60,040 nucleotides of DNA, taken from IMG/VR virus record IMGVR_UViG_3300025083_000025, positions 1-60,040 of that record; one strand, given 5' to 3'. Both the position numbers and the translations under genes were made by a program. The notes under the pieces were generated by a model that saw only the letters and a list, made by a program, of their open reading frames with translations, was not told the DNA's origin and searched no databases. Of this stretch, positions 16,674 through 33,341 are shown in pieces. The stretch is from a virus. Its lineage: Duplodnaviria > Caudoviricetes. Each line of letters starts with the position of its first letter. Position 1 is the stretch's first letter.

Positions 16674-17233
16674 TTGTAATTGATAATTTCATAAAAGACA
16701 CGGATCTGTTGATGGATCTTGAACTTAACAAAGAACACTTATTTAGTGATAACGGATCTTACTACTGGTGGAACGGATGGTGGAACTCACCAGACGATAC
16801 ATTAAAGAAAAGACTAATCTGTTATATATGGAGAGACTACCCTCCGTATGGATCTGTGGCTTTAGACGGCTTTGAGTACTGGACCGGACAATACGGTGAA
16901 GGTAAAGCAGTCTCTGATCTAAACATGCACTTAGATAAAGACGAAGCCCTTTGGAAATCAGAAGGTATAGTAAAGGCTCCTGTTATAGGTACAGTGTTCT
17001 ATCCTGTTGAAATGGATATAGAGGGAGGTTACCTTGAGATATTCTCCAATGGGGCGGACAATGAGCCTGAAAGAATCCAAGCAAAGCATAATAGGTTAAT
17101 CATATTTGACGCAGGTAACATTCATCACAGAGTTACAACTGTAACCAAAGGAACAAGATCTGCTATTGCAATAAACCTTTGGGATGAAGCACCTACAACA
17201 GAATTAAAGTTTGAGGCTCCAGAACCAATATGA
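16670..17233 (+). CDS. 2OG-Fe(II) oxygenase (prolyl-4-hydroxylase-like)
   Basis: HxD (HLDKDE), GGYL, NRLIIFD, distal H (HRVT) and R (TRSAIAIN). Confidence 0.85.
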   Translation: MIVIDNFIKDTDLLMDLELNKEHLFSDNGSYYWWNGWWNSPDDTLKKRLICYIWRDYPPYGSVALDGFEYWTGQYGEGKAVSDLNMHLDKDEALWKSEGIVKAPVIGTVFYPVEMDIEGGYLEIFSNGADNEPERIQAKHNRLIIFDAGNIHHRVTTVTKGTRSAIAINLWDEAPTTELKFEAPEPI

Positions 17234-17880
17234 GACCTTTAAAACATTTTCTTGTAAGGGTTCCTAATGTAACCCAGGACACCGTAACTCTTAACGGAGA
17301 GGAAATCTATATTGACACTAAGTGGGATGAGTTTAAACATCGTACCATGGAAGGTGAGGTTGTTGGTGTTCCAGAAAAATATGACACAGGGGTAGAGATT
17401 GGAGACACAATGTACTTTCATCATCATGTAATATTGGGCGGTAACCATTTGGTTCTTCAGGATGGTGCTAATCAATTAGAAGAGTCTGCAAAAAGAGGAC
17501 AGTGGCTTGATCCAAACAACGATGTATATATAGTCTACTACGACGGAGGCCATGACCCCCTGTCTTGTCAAGCGTATGCACACAAGAGTAAAAAAACTGG
17601 TGAGGTTAAGTTACTGGGAGAATGGATATTCCTTATACCAGCAGAAGAAGAGCAAGAATTAAAAAGTGACACACTGCATCTATTAGAAGAGAAACATGAG
17701 TATAACCAATATGGATATATTAAGTATGGTTCTGATAGATTAGAAGAAACTGGATTGGTGCCCGGCGATAAAGTTATTATTCGAAAGAATTCTGACTATC
17801 GAATGGAGGTTAATGGTGAAACAATGTTTAGGGTATACTTAAAACACATACATGGCAAAGTCATCGAAGCAGAAGCATAA
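17230..17880 (+). CDS. GroES-like co-chaperonin-fold protein
   Basis: MRPLKHFLVR...GEVVGVP...VEIGDTMYF, and a second repeat ..GLVPGDKVI. Confidence 0.6.
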   Translation: MRPLKHFLVRVPNVTQDTVTLNGEEIYIDTKWDEFKHRTMEGEVVGVPEKYDTGVEIGDTMYFHHHVILGGNHLVLQDGANQLEESAKRGQWLDPNNDVYIVYYDGGHDPLSCQAYAHKSKKTGEVKLLGEWIFLIPAEEEQELKSDTLHLLEEKHEYNQYGYIKYGSDRLEETGLVPGDKVIIRKNSDYRMEVNGETMFRVYLKHIHGKVIEAEA

Positions 17881-18148
17881 CATAGTTACAGCGCAAAGAT
17901 TAGTTGCAGCGATGGATATCGCAATTGACAACATGATTGCTGAAATACAAAAGCCTGTAGATCAAGAACTTAGCGGATCTCAACGGAAGGCAGAACTTCA
18001 GTCAATTAAAATTACCGCTGTTGACGCTAAAGAACTTATTGTTGAAAGAGAAAGACTTGAACAACTCATTAAGACACTTAAAGAAAGTGGACAGATTAAA
18101 GAAGAACAAGACTATTCAGGAGGATTCGCAGAAAAATTCTCAAAGTAA
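17852..18148 (+). CDS. Putative terminase small subunit
   Basis: Helical 98-aa ORF immediately before the large terminase; positional inference. Confidence 0.45.
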   Translation: MAKSSKQKHNIVTAQRLVAAMDIAIDNMIAEIQKPVDQELSGSQRKAELQSIKITAVDAKELIVERERLEQLIKTLKESGQIKEEQDYSGGFAEKFSK

Positions 18149-18179
18149 TCAAGTCTTCATCTACTGGGATTATTAAACA

Positions 18180-20282
18180 ATGGCGGGACTTGTAGAAATA
18201 GAAGATGAGATTGTAGTAAACATATGCCCTGACAAAACAGAAGGAGATGTCAGGCTATACTTTGACTTACCAATACAATTCCCTAAGCAGCCAGCAAAGA
18301 AAGAGATACTTTTTAATAATTTAAAAAAGGAAGATCAAAGATGGGTGAGAGAGGGGCTTCCTGATGATCTCAAAAAGATCCGGTCAATGGAAGAGTGGCT
18401 GGGAATGCCAGAGTCATTTAGAAAAAAGTTCACACCCTATATAAGTCAAGAATTTAAAAGACGTAGAAATGGAGTATGGTTTTACAACAACGGGGTACCT
18501 ACCTATATCACAGGTAACCATTACTTCTTCTTACAGTGGTGTAAGATTGATATTGGATACCCATCATTCTTGGACTTTCAAAGGAAACTATTTATACATC
18601 TTGAAGCCTGTATAAAGGATCCAAGAAGTGTTGGACAAGTCTATGTAAAGTGTCGTCGTTCCGGATACACAAATATGTCTGCGTCTGTACTTGTTAATGA
18701 AGGCACACAGGTAAAAGAAAAACTACTGGGCATCATGTCGAAGACAGGAACAGATGCACAAGAAAATATATTCATGAAGAAGGTGGTGCCGATGTACAAG
18801 TCACTGCCTTTTTTCTTTAAACCCATACAAGACGGTACTACCAATCCCCGTATGGAACTCGCATTTCGTGAGCCTTCAAAAAGAATCACAAAGAAAAATA
18901 AGACCGCTTCTTCTGGTGAGGCACTCAATACAATTGTAAACTGGAAGAATACTACGACCAATGCATATGATGGTGAGAAACTACATATGTTATACCTTGA
19001 TGAAGCAGGTAAGTGGGAAAAGGGGAACGACATAAGAGAGGCTTGGAGGATACAGCGTACTTGTTTGTTAGTTGGACGTAGAATTGTAGGAAAGGCTCTT
19101 GTTGGTAGCACTGTCAACCCGCTGGATAGAGGTGGTAAACAGTTTAGAGATTTGTATGGTGCCAGTGATCCAAGAGAAAGAAACGACAACGGTCGAACAC
19201 GCAGTGGACTGTACTCTGTCTTTATACCGTCTTACGATGCACTTGAGGGCTTCTTTGATAAGTATGGGATGCCAGTGGTCGACGACCCAGAGAAAACGGT
19301 TTATACGGAGTTTGATGAGCCTATATCTATAGGAGCAAAGACTTACTTAAAGAATGAGCGTAAAGCATTGGTAAACGATTCTTATGAACTTAATGAGGTA
19401 ATACGCCAGTTCCCGTTCACTGAAGCAGAGGCATTTAGAGACAGCGCCAAAGCATCTCTGTTCAACGTACAAAAGATTTACGAACAGATAGAATACAATG
19501 ATGATTTATATCCTTCTCCGATTGTAGTAGGAAACTTTGTTTGGTCTGGAGGTAAGCAGGACACAGAAGTTATGTTTAAGCCTGATCCAAATGGAAGATG
19601 GCGTATAGCATGGATGCCTCCTTCTGATTTGAGAAACAAACCCAAACCCGAAAATGCCTGGATAGGTTGTGCGGGTGTGGATAGTTATGATATTGACGCA
19701 ACAGTAGACGGAAGAGGATCAAAGGGCGCATGTCATTTCTACAACAAATTCAACATGGGTCACCCATCAAATATGTTTGTCGCTGAATATGCATCACGGC
19801 CACCTCTTGCTAAAATATTTTATGAGGATGTTTTAATGGCTGCTAAGTTTTATGGCTACCCCGTGTTAATTGAAAACAATAAGTACGGTATCGCAAGGTA
19901 CTTTGAGACAAGGGGTTACGATCACTTCTTAATGGAAAGACCAGAACACTTAGGCTCTAAATTCCAAAGCACTAAAACTAAAACAAAAGGTATACCATCG
20001 AATTCAAAAGATGTCATACAGGCTCATGCTCAAGCAATAGAGGCTTACATCCATGATCATGTTGGACTAAATGAGGACACGCTTGAATTTGGAAAAATGT
20101 ATTTTGAAAGAACCCTTGAAGACTGGGTTAATTTTAAGATAGACGACAGAACTAAATATGACCTTTCTATATCAAGTGGTTTGGCATTGCTTGCTGCTCA
20201 AGGACATAAGCCTGTGAAAGTTAAAAGTGATTTCGAAAAGAAGCAGTTCTTTAGGAAAGGTCAGATAATTATACGAAAATAA
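18180..20282 (+). CDS. terL: Terminase large subunit
   Basis: Walker A-like KCRRSGYT, Walker B LYLDEAGKW, GST coupling motif, nuclease GVDSYD and IENN. Confidence 0.9.
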   Translation: MAGLVEIEDEIVVNICPDKTEGDVRLYFDLPIQFPKQPAKKEILFNNLKKEDQRWVREGLPDDLKKIRSMEEWLGMPESFRKKFTPYISQEFKRRRNGVWFYNNGVPTYITGNHYFFLQWCKIDIGYPSFLDFQRKLFIHLEACIKDPRSVGQVYVKCRRSGYTNMSASVLVNEGTQVKEKLLGIMSKTGTDAQENIFMKKVVPMYKSLPFFFKPIQDGTTNPRMELAFREPSKRITKKNKTASSGEALNTIVNWKNTTTNAYDGEKLHMLYLDEAGKWEKGNDIREAWRIQRTCLLVGRRIVGKALVGSTVNPLDRGGKQFRDLYGASDPRERNDNGRTRSGLYSVFIPSYDALEGFFDKYGMPVVDDPEKTVYTEFDEPISIGAKTYLKNERKALVNDSYELNEVIRQFPFTEAEAFRDSAKASLFNVQKIYEQIEYNDDLYPSPIVVGNFVWSGGKQDTEVMFKPDPNGRWRIAWMPPSDLRNKPKPENAWIGCAGVDSYDIDATVDGRGSKGACHFYNKFNMGHPSNMFVAEYASRPPLAKIFYEDVLMAAKFYGYPVLIENNKYGIARYFETRGYDHFLMERPEHLGSKFQSTKTKTKGIPSNSKDVIQAHAQAIEAYIHDHVGLNEDTLEFGKMYFERTLEDWVNFKIDDRTKYDLSISSGLALLAAQGHKPVKVKSDFEKKQFFRKGQIIIRK

Positions 20283-20317
20283 TAAGAAGTATATTTGCAT
20301 AAGTAGCAATCTCAAGT

Positions 20318-22750
20318 ATGGATAACCAATATAAATCAGGACAGTCTTCCTTTCCAGATGCTTTAGCAAGCACAGAGGAGAAGATGTGTATGCCTTATGG
20401 CTTGCAATACGCAAAGGCCATGTTCGCTCAATGGGTTGGGAGTGACTATCAAAATTCATTGTACGGTAGAAGAAATACAGAAATGGAACGCTGTAGAGAT
20501 TATGCCCAGGGAACTCAAGACACGTCTATATACAGACAGATTCTAAATTCTCTTGATCCTAATAATGGAGACGGAACACTACTAACTCTTGATTACACTC
20601 CTGTTCCGATTGTACCAAAGTTTGTAAAGATTGTTGTAAACAAAATATTATCTAAAGAACCGTATCCACAGATACAGGCAATAGATCCTCTATCAAGATC
20701 AGAAAAAGATAAAAAGAAAGCCTCTACTATTTTACGTATTGAAAACCGTAACATAATAGAAGAAGCCAAAGCACTTGGTTTAAATGTTTCAATAGATCCA
20801 AACGAACTACCTGAAACACCAGAAGAAACAGAAATATTTCTTGATACAAATATTAAAACAGACGCTGAGATATCTGCACAGATTGCTACTGAACTGACTC
20901 TCAAGTGGAACAATTTTAATGAATCTATATATCGCCGTTGTGTTGAAGACTTGGCCACTCTTGGTATGGCTGTGGCTAAACGTACTAATGATCCTAACTA
21001 CGGCATCAAAGAAGAGTATGTTGATCCAAAACGATTTGTACATAATTATACTGATGATCCGAACTTTGGTGACTTGACATATGCTGGACATTTCAAGTTC
21101 ATAACCATAATGGAACTCAAGCGTATTGCTGGTGATCAGTTTACTGAAGCACAATACGAACAGATTGCAAAGACAGTAATGAACAAGTACGGAAACAATC
21201 CGACTCAATTTAGTTCTGCTGGATATACATATGATCGTCCAGGCACACGTTACCGTCAGGGATACGATGAGTACAAGGTTGAAGTTATGGACTTTGAGTT
21301 CATGTCTGTCGACAACATTATATACGAGAAGAAAGAATCTGCTTATGGAAACATAGGCTTTTATTACAAAGGGACAGAGTACAATGCTCCTCAGCAATCT
21401 GTATACGATCGAGAAGCAATGTACATGAGTAACGCTACTATATACGGAGGTACTTACATTGTTGGTACAGAGTTAATGTTTGACTACGGTCCTAAGAAAA
21501 ACATACCGAAGAACGTACACGATATCTCTCGTGCTACATTATCATACAGCGCCATTGCAACAAACATTAGAGGAATGATTCCTAAGTCAATGGTTTCCTC
21601 TGTTATTGGGTTTGCTGATATGTTACAAATCACACACCTCAAGATTCAACAATCTATTGCTAAGGCAAAGCCTGATGGTTTGATCATAGATATTGAGGGA
21701 TTAGAGAATGTACAACTTGGTAGAGGCGGAGAACTTCAGCCGTTAGAGATTCAAGACATATACGAACAAACTGGTATCTTCTATTACAGAAGTAAAAATC
21801 CAGAAGGTGGTTTCCAAAACCCACCGGTTCGGGAAATAGGAAATGCTATCAGAAACATCACAGAGTTGGTTGCTATATACAATCACTATCTAAGGATGAT
21901 TAGAGACGCTACAGGGATCAATGAGGTCATGGATGGAACATCACCTAAAGGAGATGCTCTTGTAGGCGTTAGACAGCAGCAAATAGCCGCAGGTAACAAT
22001 GCTATATATGATATTACTAATGCTGCTATGGTTCTTTACAAAAAGGTTTGTGAAGACGTTGTGAAATGTTTACAGATTATACCGCCAAAAAGTATTCTTT
22101 ATAAAGCGTATACCAATGCTATTGGAGAAACAAACATGGCAGTGATAACCTCGTTTGATAATCTATCTATGTACAACTTCGGAGTAATGGTTGTTACAGA
22201 AATGAACGAGATGGACAAAGCCTACTTAGAACAAAACATTCAAGTAGCACTTGCTCAAAAAGAAATTGATCTTGAAGACGCTATTGCTATCAGACAAATC
22301 AAAGATGTTGAGCAAGCAGAAAGATTATTAGTTGTTCGTCGCAAGAAGCGCATGAAGCAGCAACAACAAATGGCGGCTCAAAATATGCAGATGCAAGCGC
22401 AGGCAAATGCTGAGTCATCACAAGTTGCTGGTCAGATTGAAATGCAGAAAAAACAAATGGAGGCTCAGATAGAAGCACAGCGCATTCAATTAGAGACACA
22501 AGCAAAAGCACAACTTTTAGAACTTGAGTATCAATACAAGATTCAATTAGAAAACATAAAAGGTGAGTACGGTATTGTTGAACAACAAATTGAGAGTGGG
22601 GTAAAGCAACAAGAACAAGCAGAATCAGAGAATCGTAAAGACGCTCGTATAGACAAGCAGGCTGCTGCTCAAAGTAAATTAATTGCTCAACGTCAAGGAG
22701 AAAGGCCCCCAATGGAAGAAGAAGTAATAACAAACTTAACCCTATCGTAA
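20318..22750 (+). CDS. Portal protein
   Basis: Follows terL; PIVPKFVKIVV and IRDATGINE motifs; Q-rich coiled-coil C-terminus; TATATTTG at 20290. Confidence 0.85.
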   Translation: MDNQYKSGQSSFPDALASTEEKMCMPYGLQYAKAMFAQWVGSDYQNSLYGRRNTEMERCRDYAQGTQDTSIYRQILNSLDPNNGDGTLLTLDYTPVPIVPKFVKIVVNKILSKEPYPQIQAIDPLSRSEKDKKKASTILRIENRNIIEEAKALGLNVSIDPNELPETPEETEIFLDTNIKTDAEISAQIATELTLKWNNFNESIYRRCVEDLATLGMAVAKRTNDPNYGIKEEYVDPKRFVHNYTDDPNFGDLTYAGHFKFITIMELKRIAGDQFTEAQYEQIAKTVMNKYGNNPTQFSSAGYTYDRPGTRYRQGYDEYKVEVMDFEFMSVDNIIYEKKESAYGNIGFYYKGTEYNAPQQSVYDREAMYMSNATIYGGTYIVGTELMFDYGPKKNIPKNVHDISRATLSYSAIATNIRGMIPKSMVSSVIGFADMLQITHLKIQQSIAKAKPDGLIIDIEGLENVQLGRGGELQPLEIQDIYEQTGIFYYRSKNPEGGFQNPPVREIGNAIRNITELVAIYNHYLRMIRDATGINEVMDGTSPKGDALVGVRQQQIAAGNNAIYDITNAAMVLYKKVCEDVVKCLQIIPPKSILYKAYTNAIGETNMAVITSFDNLSMYNFGVMVVTEMNEMDKAYLEQNIQVALAQKEIDLEDAIAIRQIKDVEQAERLLVVRRKKRMKQQQQMAAQNMQMQAQANAESSQVAGQIEMQKKQMEAQIEAQRIQLETQAKAQLLELEYQYKIQLENIKGEYGIVEQQIESGVKQQEQAESENRKDARIDKQAAAQSKLIAQRQGERPPMEEEVITNLTLS

Positions 22751-22751
22751 T

Positions 22752-23150
22752 ATGGCTTGCGGATGCTCAAATAGTCCATGTTCATGTCCTAACCCGACAA
22801 ACTTAAATATGAACAACGCTGCACAGTTAAATATCTGTACGCGCCGTGGAGACACCTTTATCTTAAACTCTGTTGTAGCATCTTCTAATGGTGTGAAGTT
22901 AGATCTTACTCTATACTCTTTTAAAATGGAAGTTAGAGAATATGACGATGGACCACTGGTTATAGCCGATACCGATATAGATGCTACTGGAGATATCAAT
23001 GGAGATCTTGTGGTAACAATAACAGCGGCTAATATGCAGGTACCAGCAGGTACATATGTATATGGCTTTCAATCAACACTTACATCTGCCGGCACTGTTG
23101 AGACTTGGTTCTATGGAACCTTTGAAGTAGTGCAGGACATCGTAACATAA
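22752..23150 (+). CDS. BppU-N-like fibre adaptor/structural protein
   Basis: RRGDTF...DLTLY.FKMEVR...GTYVY...TWFYGTFEV; precedes the collagen fibre gene. Confidence 0.6.
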   Translation: MACGCSNSPCSCPNPTNLNMNNAAQLNICTRRGDTFILNSVVASSNGVKLDLTLYSFKMEVREYDDGPLVIADTDIDATGDINGDLVVTITAANMQVPAGTYVYGFQSTLTSAGTVETWFYGTFEVVQDIVT

Positions 23151-23168
23151 ATTTCAGAATAACCCCTA

Positions 23169-29368
<6,200 letters not shown>

Positions 29369-29369
<1 letters not shown>

Positions 29370-29563
29370 TGGCAACAACAGAGAATTACTACATACAAGA
29401 CATTGTAACCAGCGACGTCCTTTTGGATGATGGAACTTGGGCGAGAGATGACGATGCCTCTAACGCAAAGACATTCTCTGACCGCTCCAGCGCTGTTACT
29501 CATATAGACACACTTAATAACGGTACATACAGAGTCTATTCGAGAATTGTAAAGACGAATTAG
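29369..29563 (+). CDS. Small hypothetical protein coupled to the collagen gene
   Basis: TAATG overlap; MATTENYYIQDI... Confidence 0.65.
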
Positions 29564-29610
29564 ATAACGTATCTTTATTGATGCAATAGTTAATTTAATT
29601 GTATCAACAA

Positions 29611-31860
29611 ATGGTCATTGTATTCCATGCAGGATATTATGCAAGTGCTTGGAACCCATATTATAACTCTGAAGGAATAGGAGGAACAGAGCAATGTATA
29701 ATGGGTTTATCAAGGTCGCTTGCTCTACAAGGCCATAGTGTTTTCGTAGTAGGTCAAGTCAAACCTGTCTCCGATAAATACCCCAACAGCGGATCCCTTA
29801 ATTATGTAGATCTAAAAAACATAAGTGAAATCCCAGATATAGATATACTAATCGGTGTATCATATATTCACTACCTAAAGTATTACAGCCTCAAGCCTAC
29901 AACTAAGAAGATATTTTGGCTACATAATGAGCATCCCCACTACTGGTACAAAGGCCAGCGTATGTCTGACGTAGATATAAAAGATGCTTATCTAAACACA
30001 GACACAATTGTTTGCCTTACCAATTGGCATAAAGAATACTTTATTAGGAATGAGGCCCCGGCTCATTTGTCAAAAGATAAAGTAAAGGTAATTGGAAACG
30101 GCCTTGACACATCGCTGTTTGAACCTGTTACCATCAAGAATAAAGATTCTTATATATACACATCTCATCCCGAACGAGGACTTGATGCAGTAATTAGTGA
30201 TATTGAAAAAGGATACCTTGATGGTACTCTCGATATATGTACACCTGGTTATGGTTTGGAGTACTACAATCAAAACTTTTCTGAGCGTGTATCTAAATTA
30301 GAAGGCGTTACTTTTCACGGTAGCCTTTCAAATAAAGAGTTGTATAAACTAATGTCTAAGTGTGAGAGTTGGTATTACCCCACTACATACAATGAAACCT
30401 ATTGTTTAACAGCGATCGAGATGTTGGGACATCATGTAAGACCTTTGGTAAATCCTATTGCTGGTCTCAAAGAAACTTTAAATAAGTTTAGCAAGCATAT
30501 AACGGATTGGTCTAAGGTTGATGAATATGTTAAGTCTCGTGACTGGAAGTTGGTAGCGAAAGAATGGGAAATTTTATTTAATAAAAAGGAAAGCCTTATG
30601 ATTCAAAAAGTCTATGTAATATCTATGGATACTTCTGACAAAAAGTTAATGGAGTATACAATAAGACTAAGGGAAGCAGGTATTGATTGCGAAGTAGTAA
30701 TAGTACCAGGTGTAGATGCAAGATCTTTTAAGGATTACAAATGGTCTCCACATGATTCATGGGCTATGGACAGTGATAATAAATGGTGGAACCAACCAGT
30801 AACAGTTGGTGAGATGGGTTGTGGTTTAGCGCATTTAAATACTTGGAAAAGAATAGTACAGGATCAAACAGAGGTTGCTTTAATATGTGAGGAAGACTTC
30901 TTCTTTAAAGGTAAAATAGATTACTCAATCATTCCTGATCCAAGCACATGGGATATGCTTTACTTAGGGCGCAGAGCAATGGCTCCAGATAGAGATGATT
31001 ACGGAGATATTGTAGTTCCTGGATACTCTTATAACTTACATGCTTATATGGTTACTCAAGCCGGTGCATTATCTTTTACTCAGCATAACTTTCAGGAGTA
31101 TATAACAGCGGCAGATGAATTTGTTCCTGCTACTTATTGTGTCCATCCACGAGGCGATTGGGATTGGGTAACAAGAGACACTCGTGCACTTGCATTAAAA
31201 GAAGACATTGCTTTTCAATCGTCTAATGATAACACAAGTAGGACTCAGTCCACTGTTCACGAAGAGATTTTTAAATCGGGTAAATGGCCTGAATGGGTAT
31301 CTAAGTGGATTCACCCCGCTGCAAAGACAAAGGCTTGGGACATGATACTTGAAGAGCCTATACAAGATGTAATATCCTTCCCGCTGTTTACTGAGGAGTT
31401 TTGTGAATTGCTTATAGATGAAGCAGAGCAGAAGGCTTTATGGCAAACTAAAAGACATGATTTTTATCCAACAGTAGATACATTAATTTCTTCATTTGGA
31501 TACGATGAAATATACAAGCGTGTTCTGGAAGATTTTGTTTTTCCGGCAGCGATAAGCAGATGGCATCTTCATGGTAAAGCCTGGGCAGAAATGGATAGTG
31601 AAAACTTTCTGATTAAGTATACTACAGATACACAGGGTCACTTAGATCTGCATCATGACAATGCTGTTATTAGTTCGGTACTAACTTTGAACAAAGACTA
31701 TACAGGGGGCGGTACATATTTTTATAATCAAAAACAAACACATGTAGGAGATGTAGGACACGTCGCTATTCATCCTGGCCAGGTTACCCACAGGCATGGC
31801 GGTAGACCAATACATAGTGGTAAGAGGTATATACTTGTGTCGTTCTGTAATAAGAAATAG
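29611..31860 (+). CDS. Tri-domain enzyme: GT4-like glycosyltransferase + GT25 (COLGALT-like) + PLOD-like lysyl hydroxylase
   Basis: GT4: GGTE, IGNGLD, YTSHPERGL, ETYCLTAIE. GT25: VPGVD, GEMGCGLAH, EED, WDMLYLGR, YSY..HAY, DEFVP. PLOD: FPLFTEEFC, PTVD, HHD, GGGTYF, HPG..TH.H, GKRYILVSF. Confidence 0.88.
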   Translation: MVIVFHAGYYASAWNPYYNSEGIGGTEQCIMGLSRSLALQGHSVFVVGQVKPVSDKYPNSGSLNYVDLKNISEIPDIDILIGVSYIHYLKYYSLKPTTKKIFWLHNEHPHYWYKGQRMSDVDIKDAYLNTDTIVCLTNWHKEYFIRNEAPAHLSKDKVKVIGNGLDTSLFEPVTIKNKDSYIYTSHPERGLDAVISDIEKGYLDGTLDICTPGYGLEYYNQNFSERVSKLEGVTFHGSLSNKELYKLMSKCESWYYPTTYNETYCLTAIEMLGHHVRPLVNPIAGLKETLNKFSKHITDWSKVDEYVKSRDWKLVAKEWEILFNKKESLMIQKVYVISMDTSDKKLMEYTIRLREAGIDCEVVIVPGVDARSFKDYKWSPHDSWAMDSDNKWWNQPVTVGEMGCGLAHLNTWKRIVQDQTEVALICEEDFFFKGKIDYSIIPDPSTWDMLYLGRRAMAPDRDDYGDIVVPGYSYNLHAYMVTQAGALSFTQHNFQEYITAADEFVPATYCVHPRGDWDWVTRDTRALALKEDIAFQSSNDNTSRTQSTVHEEIFKSGKWPEWVSKWIHPAAKTKAWDMILEEPIQDVISFPLFTEEFCELLIDEAEQKALWQTKRHDFYPTVDTLISSFGYDEIYKRVLEDFVFPAAISRWHLHGKAWAEMDSENFLIKYTTDTQGHLDLHHDNAVISSVLTLNKDYTGGGTYFYNQKQTHVGDVGHVAIHPGQVTHRHGGRPIHSGKRYILVSFCNKK

Positions 31861-31861
31861 T

Positions 31862-32005
31862 ATGAAGCATTATATAGACCTAACAACAGAGCAACTAAGG
31901 TTACTTTATATATTAATACCATCGCACCACATGGAAAGCGAAAAGGTTATGGAGATAGTAAAGAAACTTGAGACACACCTCGCTATACCCGGTATAAAAC
32001 GATAA
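31862..32005 (+). CDS. Small hypothetical protein
   Basis: MKHYIDLTTEQLRLL... starts 2 nt after the upstream stop. Confidence 0.5.
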   Translation: MKHYIDLTTEQLRLLYILIPSHHMESEKVMEIVKKLETHLAIPGIKR

Positions 32006-32021
32006 TACTTATATTTGCTTT

Positions 32022-32315
32022 ATGGCAGGAAGTAAGTACAGCAACATACTAAAACGATATAGACTCAAGGGTTTTAATCAACCTAAGCGGACTCCAGATC
32101 ATCCTAAAAAGTCACATATTGTAGCGGCTAAAGAAGGAGACAAGGTTAAGATTATTCGTTTTGGAGAGCAAGGAGCATCAACAGCGGGTAAGCCAAAGGC
32201 AGGTGAATCTGATAAGATGAAAAAGAAACGTGCGTCATTTAAAGCACGTCACGCTAAGAACATTAAGAAGGGTAAATTCTCTGCTGCTTATTGGGCCAAT
32301 AAAGTAAAGTGGTAA
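32022..32315 (+). CDS. Small basic phage protein
   Basis: PKRTPDHPKKSH...KIIRFGEQG...SFKARH...SAAYWANKVKW; TATATTTG at 32010. Confidence 0.75.
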   Translation: MAGSKYSNILKRYRLKGFNQPKRTPDHPKKSHIVAAKEGDKVKIIRFGEQGASTAGKPKAGESDKMKKKRASFKARHAKNIKKGKFSAAYWANKVKW

Positions 32316-32497
32316 TGGCTAAGAAGTACAAATCAAAAGTAAATCAATCAGGAAACTACACTAAGCCAGGAATGCGTAAGCGTTTGTTTAAAAGAATTAT
32401 GGCTGGTACTAAGGGGGGAAGAGCAGGACAGTGGTCTGCCCGTAAAGCACAGATGTTAGCGAAAGCCTATAAAGCCGCAGGGGGCGGATACAAATAA
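32315..32497 (+). CDS. Small basic phage protein (DUF5872-like)
   Basis: GNYTKPGMRK...GQWSARKAQMLAKAYKAAGGGY. Confidence 0.7.
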   Translation: MAKKYKSKVNQSGNYTKPGMRKRLFKRIMAGTKGGRAGQWSARKAQMLAKAYKAAGGGYK

Positions 32498-32745
32498 TGC
32501 CACCAGGTTTAAAAAAAGCACAAGAGTCCTTAAAAAAATGGACTAAACAAAAGTGGCGTACTAAATCAGGTAAGGCCTCATCTAAGACAGGAGAGCGCTA
32601 CCTACCTACAGCGGCAATTGCGGCGTTGTCTGATGAAGAGTACAATGCAACTACAAGAGCGAAAAGAGAGGGTACAAAAAAAGGAAAGCAATATGTTCCT
32701 CAACCCAAAGCCGTTAAAAAGAAGACTAAGGTTTACCGAGCATAG
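32497..32745 (+). CDS. Small basic phage protein (DUF5872-like)
   Basis: SLKKWTKQKWRTKSGK...TGERYLP. Confidence 0.7.
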   Translation: MPPGLKKAQESLKKWTKQKWRTKSGKASSKTGERYLPTAAIAALSDEEYNATTRAKREGTKKGKQYVPQPKAVKKKTKVYRA

Positions 32746-32884
32746 ACACACAACGATCTATAATCTTAGCGTATAACTCAGACTTTTCTTTTGTTCTCAT
32801 CATGTTGGTTGCGGCATAGTCAGCAATATTAGTTAACACGCATTTACTTTCAACGCTGATGTTTGTTTCGTAATTTGTCTTCAT
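32726..32884 (-). CDS. Possible small antisense-strand protein (52 aa)
   Basis: Manual translation MKTNYETNISVESKCVLTNIADYAATNMMRTKEKSELYAKIIDRCVSMLGKP fills an otherwise empty gap. Confidence 0.4.
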   Translation of the reverse strand: MKTNYETNISVESKCVLTNIADYAATNMMRTKEKSELYAKIIDRCVSMLGKP

Positions 32885-32950
32885 GATATAAATTTCAGTT
32901 ACTTAAACTTACATAACATTACTTAAATTTGCAATACAAATCTTATTGAC

Positions 32951-33193
32951 ATGGATGATCGACTAATGAAAATGTACAAAAGTGGGGGACTACTAAAGGC
33001 TCTACTTAAAGACCCAAGCCAAAGAGAGATGGCCCGCAAGATGCTTGACTCTAACAGCGACTCAGTTGTTGATGGTAACGCTGGAAGAGGTGGTACTAAG
33101 AAGTATAAAGCAGGTGGTAAAGCAGAGAAAGCAACAATGACAATGCTTGGTGCTAAAGCAGGATTTAATCCAGGAGCAAAGGATACCTACTAA
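32951..33193 (+). CDS. Small basic protein
   Basis: Has its own TAAATTTG (32924) and a terminator; contains YKSGG and YKAGG motifs. Confidence 0.65.
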   Translation: MDDRLMKMYKSGGLLKALLKDPSQREMARKMLDSNSDSVVDGNAGRGGTKKYKAGGKAEKATMTMLGAKAGFNPGAKDTY

Positions 33194-33214
33194 ACAGCGC
33201 TTACACCATATATA

Positions 33215-33249
33215 AAAAGGGGACTCTTAACAGGGTCCCCTTTTCTTTT
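33215..33249 (+). terminator. Intrinsic terminator (possibly bidirectional)
   Basis: AAAAGGGGAC(T)C-loop-G(G)GTCCCCTTTT followed by CTTTT. Confidence 0.8.
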
Positions 33250-33341
33250 GGCTACTCCTAACCATAGTAAGTGCCAGTGCACTCACTTCCACAAACATAC
33301 AGTTTATGTATTAAATTTGTGGTATAAATAAATTAAATCAA

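Noticed and set aside
18641-22733. Antisense ORFs within terminase and portal
   Set aside because: No motifs or expression signals; typical antisense shadows of long genes.
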